Below, piece after piece: positions 28,211 through 37,422 of a stretch of 51,013 nt of DNA (position 1 is the stretch's first letter; each line of letters begins with the position of its first letter). The notes beneath the pieces are model-generated. The model searched no databases, was not told the origin of the DNA, and saw only the letters and a program-made list of their open reading frames with translations. Made by a program: the position numbers and the translations under genes. Source of the DNA: a virus (Duplodnaviria > Caudoviricetes); the IMG/VR virus record IMGVR_UViG_3300045837_000026, positions 1 through 51,013 of that record; one strand, given 5' to 3'.

Positions 28211-29164
28211 TCAGTGAGTCTGACCGTTCAGCGCGGCAGTGATGCCCGCGTACACTTGGGGAATCAGATTTGAGAGGCTGTTCAACATCATGATGTTGGG
28301 GCAGCCCGCAGCCTGACAAATAGCGTCAACCTGCTGGTTCGTAAGTTTACCCTCAGCCGTGGCATTCACGACAAGTTGCATGATTTCTCGGAAAGTAGGT
28401 ACATGCCCAACGGCGGGTTGGCCTTGAACGGGCACGCTTCCGGCCGCCCCAAGCTGTGGAGGCAATGTTCCCGGAACTGATGGCGCGGTATTTGTCTGGA
28501 CCGGGGGCACAGGCACCGAACCGGGAAGCGACACCGTTACCGACGGCGCGGCATTAGACAGCGCAGGCGGGGGCGGAGGCGGTGGGGGGTTCGATCCGAA
28601 CGCGACGGCGAAGTCCGAGTAGTTATCGAACGACTTGATAGCGCCGGTCGGAATGGCCGTGTTAGGAGCCAGAATAGCCGGTCCGGTAGGGGTCGGAGCA
28701 CATTTCCCCGACGCGCGCAACTCGGCGACGACGGCTTGCACCGTGGCGGTTTCGACGTTGCGTCGGAGCCTCCATGTGCCGTCTTTGTTCAGGCCCTTTC
28801 CGCCCGCGTGAATGCGTTCGTCCCACGGCAAACCCGACTTGTCGAACGCGGGAGCCGAAGCGCCGTAATTCGGTTCGGCATCACTCGCCGCATTGTCCCG
28901 TGACGCAGGCGCCGCAGCAATCTGTGTGGGTGCCGCCGCAGAAGATACAGCCGTTACATTCGCCGGGACGGGCGGCGGCGTAGGGGCGTCGGCTATCAAT
29001 AGCGTAGAATTTGTTTTGAGCGCTTCGGCCCCTGCGTTAGTTCCCGAAGGAACGTCGCTCGTAGCTTCGAGCTTGGTCTCATGCTGTTCGGCAAGCTGAG
29101 CGAGGAACGCGGACGCAAGCCGCAACTCGTAAGGCGTGTCGTGCGATTCAATGAGCAATTGCAT
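28211..29164 (-). CDS. Pro/Ala-rich replication-module protein
   Basis: D..GLPWDERIH......NKDGTWR.RR motif; GGAG SD before ATG 29164. Confidence 0.7.
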   Translation of the reverse strand: MQLLIESHDTPYELRLASAFLAQLAEQHETKLEATSDVPSGTNAGAEALKTNSTLLIADAPTPPPVPANVTAVSSAAAPTQIAAAPASRDNAASDAEPNYGASAPAFDKSGLPWDERIHAGGKGLNKDGTWRLRRNVETATVQAVVAELRASGKCAPTPTGPAILAPNTAIPTGAIKSFDNYSDFAVAFGSNPPPPPPPPALSNAAPSVTVSLPGSVPVPPVQTNTAPSVPGTLPPQLGAAGSVPVQGQPAVGHVPTFREIMQLVVNATAEGKLTNQQVDAICQAAGCPNIMMLNSLSNLIPQVYAGITAALNGQTH

Positions 29165-29208
29165 GTGTGCGGAACTCCAAAAGTGGGTGTGCTTGTAAGG
29201 CGGGACAG

Positions 29209-29240
29209 AGCTTGACGGTTCCGTCACAAGCTGTCAAGCT
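29209..29240. promoter_or_regulatory. Overlapping divergent promoters with internal palindromic box
   Basis: + strand TTGACG-N17-CAAGCT and - strand TTGACA-N17-CAAGCT within AGCTTGAC...GTCAAGCT. Confidence 0.65.
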
Positions 29241-29264
29241 TCGCACCATTCACTCGGGGCGCTC

Positions 29265-30950
29265 ATGGGTCTACGCGATTACCAGCTACAGGCAAAGGCC
29301 GACGTTTATTCAGCGTGGCAGCAGGGGGCGCAAAACGTAATGCTCACGCTGCCTACAGGTGGCGGGAAAACAAAACTCTTCTGTTCCATACTCGCGGAAA
29401 TTCAGCGGCCCGCGTGTGTCATTGCGCACCGTCAAGAGCTTATTGCCCAAGCTGCGCTCGCATTCAATCGCGATCGAATCCCGCACGGTGCAATTGTTCC
29501 CAACGAGCTACAACGGCAGATTGTCGCGCTCGAACACGACACACACGGTTATTCCTGCTTTCATCGTAAAGCCCCTATTCGAGTCTGCGGCGTTGACACG
29601 CTCAACGCTCGCGACGCTATAGATTCGTGGTTTGGTCAAGTTGAATACGTTGTTATAGACGAGGGTCACCATGTACTACGGGACAATTCTTGGGGCCGCG
29701 CTATGGGCCTGTTTCCTCGCGCTCGCGGGCTTTACCCTACCGCTCACGCTGTTCGTGCTGACGGGCGTGGTTTGGGCCGCGCTGCTGACGGGCTTGTTGA
29801 CGCGCTCGTGGTCGGTCCATTTGGCCGCGATCTTATCAACCGGGGTTACCTTTGCGACTATCGTGTACTGTGTCCGCCTACTGATATCGACTTTAGCGGG
29901 GTTAACATCGGCTCAACGGGCGACTTCAGTCTTCCCCAGCTTCGGGCAGTTACACATAAGTCGAGTCGTCTTGTCGGTGACGTTGTTGGCCATTATCTTA
30001 AGTACGCTGCGGGCAAATTGGGAATCACTTTCGCGGTTGATATCGAAGCTGCGCAGGAGCTAGTTGCAGCGTATCGGAAAGCGGGGGTCACAGCCGATGT
30101 CATCACGGGGAAAACGCCTATCGGGCATCGCGGCAAGCTCATGCGTGATTTTCGCAGTCGTCGTATTTTGCAGCTTGTTAGCGTTGATTGTCTTGGCGAA
30201 GGCGTCGATGTGCCTGCTGTCGAAGTCGTTTCGCTTGCTCGCAAAACTGCTTCGTTCCAACTCTTTGCGCAACAGATAGGCCGAGCGTTGCGAGTCATGG
30301 TCAACGATGAACTCATGGCCGTGTGGGACCAATTCACCGACGCGGAGCGGCTCCGCCACATAGCAGCATCCGACAAGCCCCGAGCCATCATCCTCGACCA
30401 CGTTGGAAATGTGCCGTACCACGGGTTCCCGGATTTGCCCCGTGAGTATAGCTTGGCGCGACGCGAGTCACGCTCACGCGGCAAACCGGACGGAATACCC
30501 CTGCGGACGTGCATCGCCTGTACGCAGCCGTACGAACGGGTTTACGTGTCTTGTCCATATTGTGGTGCGACTCCCGAGCCGGCCGGCCGTGGCTCCGTGG
30601 AACTCGTTGACGGTGACTTGTTCGACCTTGACCCCGCTGTTATGGCCGCGCTGCGTGGCGATCTTGCCAAGGTGAACTCGCCGGGGTGGAAGCCTAAGAG
30701 CGCCGCCGAAGTCGTACAGCTCCGGCACCACGACGCGCGCTATCTCGCTCAGTCGTCGTTGCGGCATGCGATGGCGCTATGGGGCGGTTGGCAAAAACTG
30801 AGAGACTTGCACGACCGTGAGCTACAGCGATTGTTTTACCATACGTTCGGTATCGATGTTGTTTCGGCTCAAGCATTGAGCGCAAAGGAAGCCGCAGCGC
30901 TTGAGCAACGCATACGAGCGCGACTAACACAAAATGGGGTGGCGGCATGA
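29265..30950 (+). CDS. Superfamily 2 (DExH) helicase
   Basis: LRDYQ, LPTGGGKT, DEGHH, EGVDVP and QQIGRALR motifs; C-terminal CxxC-CxxC. Confidence 0.93.
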   Translation: MGLRDYQLQAKADVYSAWQQGAQNVMLTLPTGGGKTKLFCSILAEIQRPACVIAHRQELIAQAALAFNRDRIPHGAIVPNELQRQIVALEHDTHGYSCFHRKAPIRVCGVDTLNARDAIDSWFGQVEYVVIDEGHHVLRDNSWGRAMGLFPRARGLYPTAHAVRADGRGLGRAADGLVDALVVGPFGRDLINRGYLCDYRVLCPPTDIDFSGVNIGSTGDFSLPQLRAVTHKSSRLVGDVVGHYLKYAAGKLGITFAVDIEAAQELVAAYRKAGVTADVITGKTPIGHRGKLMRDFRSRRILQLVSVDCLGEGVDVPAVEVVSLARKTASFQLFAQQIGRALRVMVNDELMAVWDQFTDAERLRHIAASDKPRAIILDHVGNVPYHGFPDLPREYSLARRESRSRGKPDGIPLRTCIACTQPYERVYVSCPYCGATPEPAGRGSVELVDGDLFDLDPAVMAALRGDLAKVNSPGWKPKSAAEVVQLRHHDARYLAQSSLRHAMALWGGWQKLRDLHDRELQRLFYHTFGIDVVSAQALSAKEAAALEQRIRARLTQNGVAA

Positions 30951-31414
30951 ATTTAGACGAATGGTGCAAACGTTGGAATGTTCCTCGCGCGGCGCTTGTC
31001 GAGCTGGCGCACGCAACGACTCACGCGAGCCCCGAACATACGGCCCGCTCCGAAGCATACGTGCAGTCACAAGTCAGGCTCGAAGGCGCGAAGCTCGGCG
31101 TGAAGCTATACCGAAACAACGTCGGCGCTGGCAAGCTCGAAAACGGCTCGTTCATTCGGTGGGGCCTGTGCAATGACACACCAGCGCTCAACGCCCGAGT
31201 CAAAAGCGGCGACCTTGTTGGATGGCGCCCCGTGGTCATTACTGCTGAGATGGTCGGCTCGCGGATTGCACAATTTGTCAGCCGCGAAGTGAAGCGCTCA
31301 GACTGGAAACCAGACAACTCACCAGAACTCAGGGCGCAACTCGCATGGGCCACGCTGGTCAATGCCGACGGCGGGGACGCTAAGATCGTGAATGGGCTCG
31401 GCTCGTTCGCTTGA
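30947..31414 (+). CDS. VRR-NUC-like nuclease
   Basis: SE..VQ, RNNVGA, SGDLVG, EVK and Q..W...V...GG.A motifs. Confidence 0.85.
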   Translation: MNLDEWCKRWNVPRAALVELAHATTHASPEHTARSEAYVQSQVRLEGAKLGVKLYRNNVGAGKLENGSFIRWGLCNDTPALNARVKSGDLVGWRPVVITAEMVGSRIAQFVSREVKRSDWKPDNSPELRAQLAWATLVNADGGDAKIVNGLGSFA

Positions 31415-31440
31415 CAACATCGTCAATATTACAGGAAACT
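31411..31440 (+). promoter_or_regulatory. Promoter TTGACA-N18-GAAACT with palindromic box, probably leaderless
   Basis: TTGACAACATCGTCAA at 31411-31426; ATG lies 7 nt after the -10 with no SD. Confidence 0.55.
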
Positions 31441-31447
31441 GCAAAGC

Positions 31448-31744
31448 ATGAGCACGACAGTAAACGGCTCGAAAGCCATGATCCTCGGGGCGGCGGTCAC
31501 ATTGGCTCGTAAAGTCGGCTATCGCAAGCTGACTCGCGAGGATGTAGCGCGCGAAGCTGAGACAGCGGCTGGAAGCGTCAACTACTACTTCGGGTCAACC
31601 GAAGGACTGCGGACAGCAGTCGTTGAGTACGCCATTGAGCATGAAATCGTGACGATTGTCGCGGAAGCGATCGTTGCGAAGCATACGGCGACCGACAAGA
31701 TAACTCCGACGAAACGCCGTAGCATTCTGTCCCAAGTCGTTTGA
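31448..31744 (+). CDS. TetR-family HTH regulator (98 aa)
   Basis: IL.AA..LA...GY..LT..DVA.EA..A.GSVNYYFGS...L signature. Confidence 0.88.
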   Translation: MSTTVNGSKAMILGAAVTLARKVGYRKLTREDVAREAETAAGSVNYYFGSTEGLRTAVVEYAIEHEIVTIVAEAIVAKHTATDKITPTKRRSILSQVV

Positions 31745-31814
31745 CGGACACCCCGGCCAAAGGCACCGGGGGCCGCCACCGCACGCACGCCCGTTCCGCA
31801 CAACGAGCATAATC

Positions 31815-32306
31815 ATGGTAAGCACAGTCACGCCCGGATTGCAACGGTTCCTCGATTCCTTCGGCGACCGGCGAGCCTTCGTCGTCTACGCGCTCTACCC
31901 GCGCGAAGATGGCGGCACGGACAAAATCCCCATTGACCCCCGCTCGGGCGTGTCGATAGACGCCCAGAACGCGGCGAATCGCATCACAGCCGCCGAGGCG
32001 CGTGCATGGGTCGAGCGCGGCATAGGAGCCGGCATCGGCCTTGTCATTACCGAAGATTCGGGACTTGCCTTCCTCGACTTGGATCACTGCCGCGCCCCGG
32101 ATGGCTCTTGGATGCCGCACGCGCTATATTTCGTCGGGCTGTTTCCCGGCGCGTACGTGGAAATCAGCCAATCCGGCGAGGGCTTGCACGTGATTTTCCC
32201 GTATCAGGGGCCGCGACCGACGCACCGTACTCGAAATCGTGACTACCGCATGGAGCTATACACAGGGTCTCGTTTCTGCGCGCTAACTGGAGTCGGCGCG
32301 CAATAA
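31815..32306 (+). CDS. Primase-polymerase (AEP, NrS-1-like) catalytic domain
   Basis: K.P, GIGLVI, FLDLDHC, Y.EISQSG.GLH and ELY...RF.ALTG motifs. Confidence 0.82.
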   Translation: MVSTVTPGLQRFLDSFGDRRAFVVYALYPREDGGTDKIPIDPRSGVSIDAQNAANRITAAEARAWVERGIGAGIGLVITEDSGLAFLDLDHCRAPDGSWMPHALYFVGLFPGAYVEISQSGEGLHVIFPYQGPRPTHRTRNRDYRMELYTGSRFCALTGVGAQ

Positions 32307-34210
32307 TGGACCAGCTTACGACCGCATTACACACGCTCATAGCGGCGTGCTTCCCACCCGCCCCCGAAGGTAGCCTCGACGGCGATTGGCGCACAGAGCC
32401 CGTATCCGGCTCAACGCCGATAGCCGACGACGACGAGCTTATCAACCGGGCGCTTCGATCACGCGGGGTGCAAGCTGGGTTTGGCGCCAAGGCGTCGTTC
32501 GCCGACTTGTGGTACAGCAACGTCGATGTGCTGGCCCGCGTGTTCCCTGCGAACATGCCGGGCAAAGATTTCGACCACAGCTCGGCTGACTTGGCCCTCG
32601 CTTCGCATCTCGCGTTTTGGTGCGGCGGTAATCACGAGCGGGTTGCGCAGCTCATGCGCCGTTCCGCGCTGGTTCGCTCGAAATGGGACCGCGACGACTA
32701 TTTCAACGGCACTATTCGGCAGGCTTGCGCCGGAACTCGCAATTGGTACAATCAGCCCCCCGCACGACATGAGGCGCCTTCAACGCCCGGTGACCAAGTG
32801 ACGAGTGGGGCCGCGGGCGCGGCGGCTGCGATGTCAATTCCCCCGACTCAGCCAGCCGCCGCGCCAGCAATCTCAGACGATCGCCGCGCCCCTTATGCTG
32901 ACGTAAACGCGGCTGCGGTTTCACTGCTGTCGCGTTACGTGTTTCTTCGCAGCGAAAACAAGTATTACGAGCGCTCAACCCGCACACTGATAACACCCGA
33001 GGCATTGAACCGCTCCGAGGCGTCCCGTATGCCGACGATCGATGACGGCTCGGGCCGACGTTGGAAAGCGGCTGACCTGTTCGACCGATGCCCGAATAAA
33101 ACCGAAGCCGTCGGCGAAGGGTACTACCCTGGCGCGGCGGATATTTACACGGACCCGACGGGCCGCGTGTTGGTGAACACATATAAAGCTCCTTCCTACC
33201 AGTTACTTGAGCCAACACCTTACGAACGACAGCTATTCAACGAGTTCCTAAAGCATTTGTTCCCTGAGCAAAACGAGTGGCTCGAAACGTTGTTGGATTC
33301 CTACGGGTGGCTACTACGCAACCGGGGCAAACGCGTTGCCTTCATGCAGATTCTAACGGGCGAGCAAAAGGGCACTGGTAAGTCGCTCCTGATGCAAGCT
33401 ATACCGCGCATCCTGTTTGGCATGTCCAATGTCAGCTCGCCGGATGCGAAGGCTACGGAATCGAGCTTCAGCGACTACCTGCATCAGAAGCAGATTGTTG
33501 TATTCGACGAACTTTTCGAGTCGGACGACATGCAAGCGGCTGAAGCACGTATGAACGCTCGAAGCGCATGGATCACTGACGACTTCAGCTTGCCTATACA
33601 CCCCAAGGGGAAACGCGCGTATGAACAGCGCCCAAATACTGTTAGCTTCTTTGCTACTAGCAACTACCCCGAAAAAGCCGTGTTTATGCCCGAAGACGAC
33701 CGACGGTACGCCATCGAGGAAACCAAGGCAGGACACTTACCGCGAGCCCTTATTGAGCGCTTCGCAATGGATTTCCTCAGTTCGGAAAGGGCGCCGGGCG
33801 TGTTGGCTAGCATTCTACTCGAACGTAATGTTAGTAGTTTCGATCCGCGCAAACGACCGGTTAGGACTGCCGCCCGTGAGAACGCTCGACGCGCATCGTT
33901 GTCGCCTGTGGCTCAAGAGATTGTCGAGGCGTGGGAGGAACAAGACGAAGCTTTCGTGTACGATTTCGCACCGCTAGCGACAGTGCGCAAAATGTTATTC
34001 GACAGGGGGTTACGCAATGTGCCGGGAAACTATCGATTGGCGCGTGAGCTTACTTCAGCGTTTCGGGCTATCAACGTTACGTGCGCCAAGTCGGCGGCGA
34101 AACCGCGCCTCTCCACGGGTCGGTCACACGTGTGGATATGGCGAAACGTTGATAAATGGAAGCTCGCGCAAGGTGCCGAACTTGAAAAAGCAATGAGTAT
34201 GCCCGCATGA
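32306..34210 (+). CDS. Primase helical-bundle domain plus SF3-type helicase (DUF5906-like)
   Basis: D.SSAD.ALA.HLAFW.G...R....MR.S.L.R.KW.R.DY...TI motif; Walker A GEQKGTGKS; FDE; TSN; DDRRY. Confidence 0.85.
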   Translation: MDQLTTALHTLIAACFPPAPEGSLDGDWRTEPVSGSTPIADDDELINRALRSRGVQAGFGAKASFADLWYSNVDVLARVFPANMPGKDFDHSSADLALASHLAFWCGGNHERVAQLMRRSALVRSKWDRDDYFNGTIRQACAGTRNWYNQPPARHEAPSTPGDQVTSGAAGAAAAMSIPPTQPAAAPAISDDRRAPYADVNAAAVSLLSRYVFLRSENKYYERSTRTLITPEALNRSEASRMPTIDDGSGRRWKAADLFDRCPNKTEAVGEGYYPGAADIYTDPTGRVLVNTYKAPSYQLLEPTPYERQLFNEFLKHLFPEQNEWLETLLDSYGWLLRNRGKRVAFMQILTGEQKGTGKSLLMQAIPRILFGMSNVSSPDAKATESSFSDYLHQKQIVVFDELFESDDMQAAEARMNARSAWITDDFSLPIHPKGKRAYEQRPNTVSFFATSNYPEKAVFMPEDDRRYAIEETKAGHLPRALIERFAMDFLSSERAPGVLASILLERNVSSFDPRKRPVRTAARENARRASLSPVAQEIVEAWEEQDEAFVYDFAPLATVRKMLFDRGLRNVPGNYRLARELTSAFRAINVTCAKSAAKPRLSTGRSHVWIWRNVDKWKLAQGAELEKAMSMPA

Positions 34211-34335
34211 CGAACGCAGGCGAAGTGTTGATGTTGTACTGGAAACTGCGCGTGCTGATACTCGCCGGCAAATGGCGTCAGGCGTACATCGTAGCAGACC
34301 AACTACAGGAGGCGCTCGACAATGAGAAAGCGTAA
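34207..34335 (+). CDS. Small hypothetical protein
   Basis: ATGA overlap with the helicase stop; MTNAGEVLMLYWKLRVL... Confidence 0.4.
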   Translation: MTNAGEVLMLYWKLRVLILAGKWRQAYIVADQLQEALDNEKA

Positions 34336-34451
34336 GCGCTGGCGCCCACCATTTCCGCTCAGGCCCGCTCCTAAACCGGTACGCCTCGAAGCTCAGCTCA
34401 AGCGATTGGGTGTGCCGCCCGAGTTGAATCCTGCCAGGAGGAACAAGCATC

Positions 34452-34640
34452 GTGAAGGCTAGATTTTGGGATATCCAGCGCCCAAGACGTTGGAACCCGA
34501 TGTACGACTTTTGGGGTAATCGTTTCCTGTATGAGCGGGGCCGACGTCGATTTGAAGAACAGTGGCGTGTTGGCTTAACCGAAGCTAGGAAACGTGGTCA
34601 GCCCATGTTACCGTCGTCGAGCGCGCCGAGTGGCGTTTGA
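34452..34640 (+). CDS. Hypothetical protein
   Basis: AGGAGG SD before GTG. Confidence 0.45.
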   Translation: MKARFWDIQRPRRWNPMYDFWGNRFLYERGRRRFEEQWRVGLTEARKRGQPMLPSSSAPSGV

Positions 34641-34920
34641 TCGCCACCATTCGGTTACGCTCGACGACGTTTGCGACGAACCTACCGATGTGTACGTTGC
34701 CGACGGCGTACGGCCCTTCGTCACCTCGACGCATCATGACATAGTAACCTTTTCGGTTTCCGCGTCGGCTCCATTTCCCTGACTGCTGCCAGATATCCCA
34801 CCACTCATCGAACGAGAGCAGAAACGCCACGCCTCGCCGCTTAGCGTTAGCCTTATGGCGGGTGTAGCAACCTTTGGGCGTTTGAGCGTACCGACGCTCG
34901 GCGAGACGCTGAGGGGTCAA
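34585..34920 (-). CDS. HNH-like endonuclease family protein
   Basis: Y..HK.NAKRRG..F.LSF.EWW.IW..SG.W..RG.....Y.M.R.GD.GPY..GNV.I....N motif. Confidence 0.65.
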   Translation of the reverse strand: MTPQRLAERRYAQTPKGCYTRHKANAKRRGVAFLLSFDEWWDIWQQSGKWSRRGNRKGYYVMMRRGDEGPYAVGNVHIGRFVANVVERNRMVAIKRHSARSTTVTWADHVS

Positions 34921-35184
34921 GCTATTTCCTGGCCTTCGTACTCAAGTATGGGATCATGACCGTACGGAGCTGAGCAGCGCAAAGTTTGTTCCGTCCAATG
35001 GTCTTGCCGACGAGCACGTCGGGCGTTAAGCGTGCGCTCATAATTTCCAACACCGTGCGTATTCTACAGCTTCGCGAGACGTGTCGCACCTATACGTTTG
35101 TCGAACGATGACACCGCCTTCAATCAACCGTACGAACCGAACCAACTTTGAGCCCTTTTAGTACGTGCAATCGGTAGTTCGGTT

Positions 35185-35466
35185 TCACAGGGACACCACG
35201 TTGCAAGCTTGAATCGCTCGGATAACTTGCGGGACGGAAGTATACCATTCCGTAGTTACCTCTCGTCCCTGATTACGCAATGCTCGACGCACTGCACGCC
35301 AGAACAGTAGTGTTGACCCGTTGTGCAGCTTGCACTGTTCAACGTGCAGCCGATAGTGGGGCTTACGCAGCTTTATGGCCCCGCACGCGTAACAGAACAG
35401 CATGGGGCCTCGGTAACGGTCTACGGCGTCTACCATATGGTCATACTGACATTCTGGGCATTTCAT
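35185..35466 (-). CDS. Zinc-ribbon hypothetical protein
   Basis: CPEC...CYAC. Confidence 0.6.
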   Translation of the reverse strand: MKCPECQYDHMVDAVDRYRGPMLFCYACGAIKLRKPHYRLHVEQCKLHNGSTLLFWRAVRRALRNQGREVTTEWYTSVPQVIRAIQACNVVSL

Positions 35467-35693
35467 GCCAGCACCAATCCGTCTGCTCGGAATCCTTCGC
35501 CGTACGACTCAACGACGTACTCATCGTGAATCTGCTCGGCGGCTCGGAACCCAGGCGCACCGAAAGCGGGCGCCAAAAACACCGGATCGGAGTTGCTCAG
35601 CAGCGCCGAGAACGGAGAGGGCCGGCCGCCATTGCCTTCGAGGGCGCGAGCGTTCCTAACGGCCAAAAGTACGTCGATACGGATCGTTTCCAT
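35463..35693 (-). CDS. Hypothetical protein
   Basis: GAGG SD; coupled to the next gene. Confidence 0.45.
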   Translation of the reverse strand: METIRIDVLLAVRNARALEGNGGRPSPFSALLSNSDPVFLAPAFGAPGFRAAEQIHDEYVVESYGEGFRADGLVLA

Positions 35694-35922
35694 GTTCGCA
35701 TACCTCGATGATGTTCGGATTGGACCAGTCTACAGCGTCAGCCTGAGTTTTCAGTTCCCAACGCTCGGCAGAGTTGTACGGGTCATAACCCGGCTCGAAC
35801 TGCTGTGAAACCTTACGACTCAGATTGTCCAACGCTACACATTTGACCGCAGCGTAAACCCTATCGCCGCGCTCGTCCGTGATGGAAATCTCACCCTGCG
35901 ATATATTCATGAACGTGGGCAT
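35656..35922 (-). CDS. Hypothetical protein
   Basis: Begins immediately after the upstream stop. Confidence 0.55.
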   Translation of the reverse strand: MPTFMNISQGEISITDERGDRVYAAVKCVALDNLSRKVSQQFEPGYDPYNSAERWELKTQADAVDWSNPNIIEVCEHGNDPYRRTFGR

Positions 35923-36090
35923 TTACTCTGCCTGCCTTTTTGACATAGTGCCCCGTGGAAACACGTAACCGCGAGTATCTACGTTGCCGGCGACCGATCC
36001 GGTGTTGTTCATGTGTCGGTTCAACGCCTCCAACATAGCTAGATTCACTTCGCGTTCCGTGCGGGGCTTAACTGTGGTGCTGATTTTCAT
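35923..36090 (-). CDS. Hypothetical protein, possibly leaderless
   Basis: ATG 36090 lies 7 nt downstream of a -10-like CAAAAT. Confidence 0.5.
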   Translation of the reverse strand: MKISTTVKPRTEREVNLAMLEALNRHMNNTGSVAGNVDTRGYVFPRGTMSKRQAE

Positions 36091-36097
36091 GGGTCTT

Positions 36098-36181
36098 ATT
36101 TTGTGCGCCATGTGACACCCCCGTCAAGCGACGCCCGTCACAGTTCAGCCCGTGCGAAGAGCCTTTGTGAACTGTGACGGG
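36098..36181 (-). promoter_or_regulatory. Promoter TTGACG-N18-CAAAAT with degenerate box, CRP-like box and 14-bp inverted repeat
   Basis: GTGACACCCCCGTCAA at 36112-36127; CCCGTCACAGTTCA at 36134-36147 pairs with TGAACTGTGACGGG at 36168-36181. Confidence 0.6.
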
Positions 36182-36195
36182 TACGCCCGATCAGG

Positions 36196-36426
36196 CTAAG
36201 CGCTACTTGTGGCTTGCTCCCACAGCCACTTCACGCCACGGCTGAGGCAGTCCATTTCCGATTGGGTTGCCTCGATTGGGGCCGCCGCGTATCGCGCGGG
36301 TAGGTGCTGAAGCCTTGTCATTTCGTCTTGTAGCTCCAGCAGCCTGCGCCGGGCGGCACGCAGCAGACAGGACCGTTCCTCGGCCTTGAGCGGCTCGGCA
36401 GGCGGCGGCGGTTTTGGCGTGCTCAT
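36196..36426 (-). CDS. Hypothetical protein
   Basis: Coupled ORF; helical composition. Confidence 0.6.
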   Translation of the reverse strand: MSTPKPPPPAEPLKAEERSCLLRAARRRLLELQDEMTRLQHLPARYAAAPIEATQSEMDCLSRGVKWLWEQATSSA

Positions 36427-36428
36427 AG

Positions 36429-37214
36429 CTACGCGCCCCTATGCAGCATCGGAGCGCGCTCGCCAGCGCCCGCCCCAGGCGGCCCCCCACCTCGGCGCCC
36501 TGCTACCGTTGTCGTTGCTCCGAAGTCTCGTGCGGGCTGTACCTGCGTGGCCGTGGGCTCGGGCTGGCCCTCGCCGGTCATTGCGTCCAGTTCCCGTTGG
36601 AACTCTTCGAGCAGTCGTTCGAGCTGGTCGGCGGCCATCTCGGGATTGGTCCGCGCCGTCCGTCGGAGCGCCCGAATCAACATACCCTCAGCTCGGGCAA
36701 TCTGCCGCTCGTTGCGGTCAGTCGATTCGGGAGGGGCGACCGCTTTGCGCAGACTGAACTTCGTTGCTTCCTTCACGTCGAGCGTGCGCATGTCGCCACC
36801 GTTCTCAACGTACCGCAAGAGTGTCGCCTTGGCGCTCCGTGCGAAGGTTGAGCGGCGGTTACGCTCCAGGGTGCGCCGCTGGCGCTCCGCGTCGTCGAGC
36901 CCCTCCTCGGGCGCGACATCGGGCGTTGTGATCCCGCGCAGCACCGCAGCGTAATACTTGGCGTGGACGCGCTCCAGCACCGCTGTCTGCGCTTCCTTCG
37001 TGGCGGGTGGGGGTGTGCGGCGCCGTCCGCGCGCCACGGCTGGCCCAAGCTCGGCTTGGCAGCCAACGATGATGACGCGCAGGTAGGTTTGATCCGTACG
37101 CCTCACTGCCGTGTCAGATACGTACCGCTCCGAGGCGGCCGTCTCAATCTGCTGTTCGGTGGCGACGTAGTTGTTCCGCTCAATGCGTTCGAGGGTGTTC
37201 ATCGGATTACTCAT
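36429..37214 (-). CDS. Hypothetical helical, Arg/Glu-rich protein (261 aa)
   Basis: AGGAG SD; long ORF; palindromic box upstream. Confidence 0.75.
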   Translation of the reverse strand: MSNPMNTLERIERNNYVATEQQIETAASERYVSDTAVRRTDQTYLRVIIVGCQAELGPAVARGRRRTPPPATKEAQTAVLERVHAKYYAAVLRGITTPDVAPEEGLDDAERQRRTLERNRRSTFARSAKATLLRYVENGGDMRTLDVKEATKFSLRKAVAPPESTDRNERQIARAEGMLIRALRRTARTNPEMAADQLERLLEEFQRELDAMTGEGQPEPTATQVQPARDFGATTTVAGRRGGGPPGAGAGERAPMLHRGA

Positions 37215-37246
37215 GGTTATGTGCTCCTAAGCGTTGGTTAAAAATG

Positions 37247-37262
37247 TTGACGTTGCCGTCAA
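37247..37262. promoter_or_regulatory. Palindromic box TTGACGTTGCCGTCAA
   Basis: Matches the repeated motif; adjacent to an AT-rich tract. Confidence 0.65.
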
Positions 37263-37422
37263 ACGCATAGTTGCAACCCCCGTGCCAGCCTCGAAAATCG
37301 CTAAATTATAATCATTTTGGCCGTAATTATGGGTTGTGCGTTCCCACAATTACAATGGGTTATAAAAATTACGCGTAAATTATACGTGCTGCGATGCACG
37401 TCTCATTTATAATTATGGAGGT

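Noticed and set aside
31448-31744. Evidence of an integrating temperate lifestyle
   Set aside because: No integrase, excisionase, partition genes or cI/cro pair was recognised; a regulator alone is insufficient.
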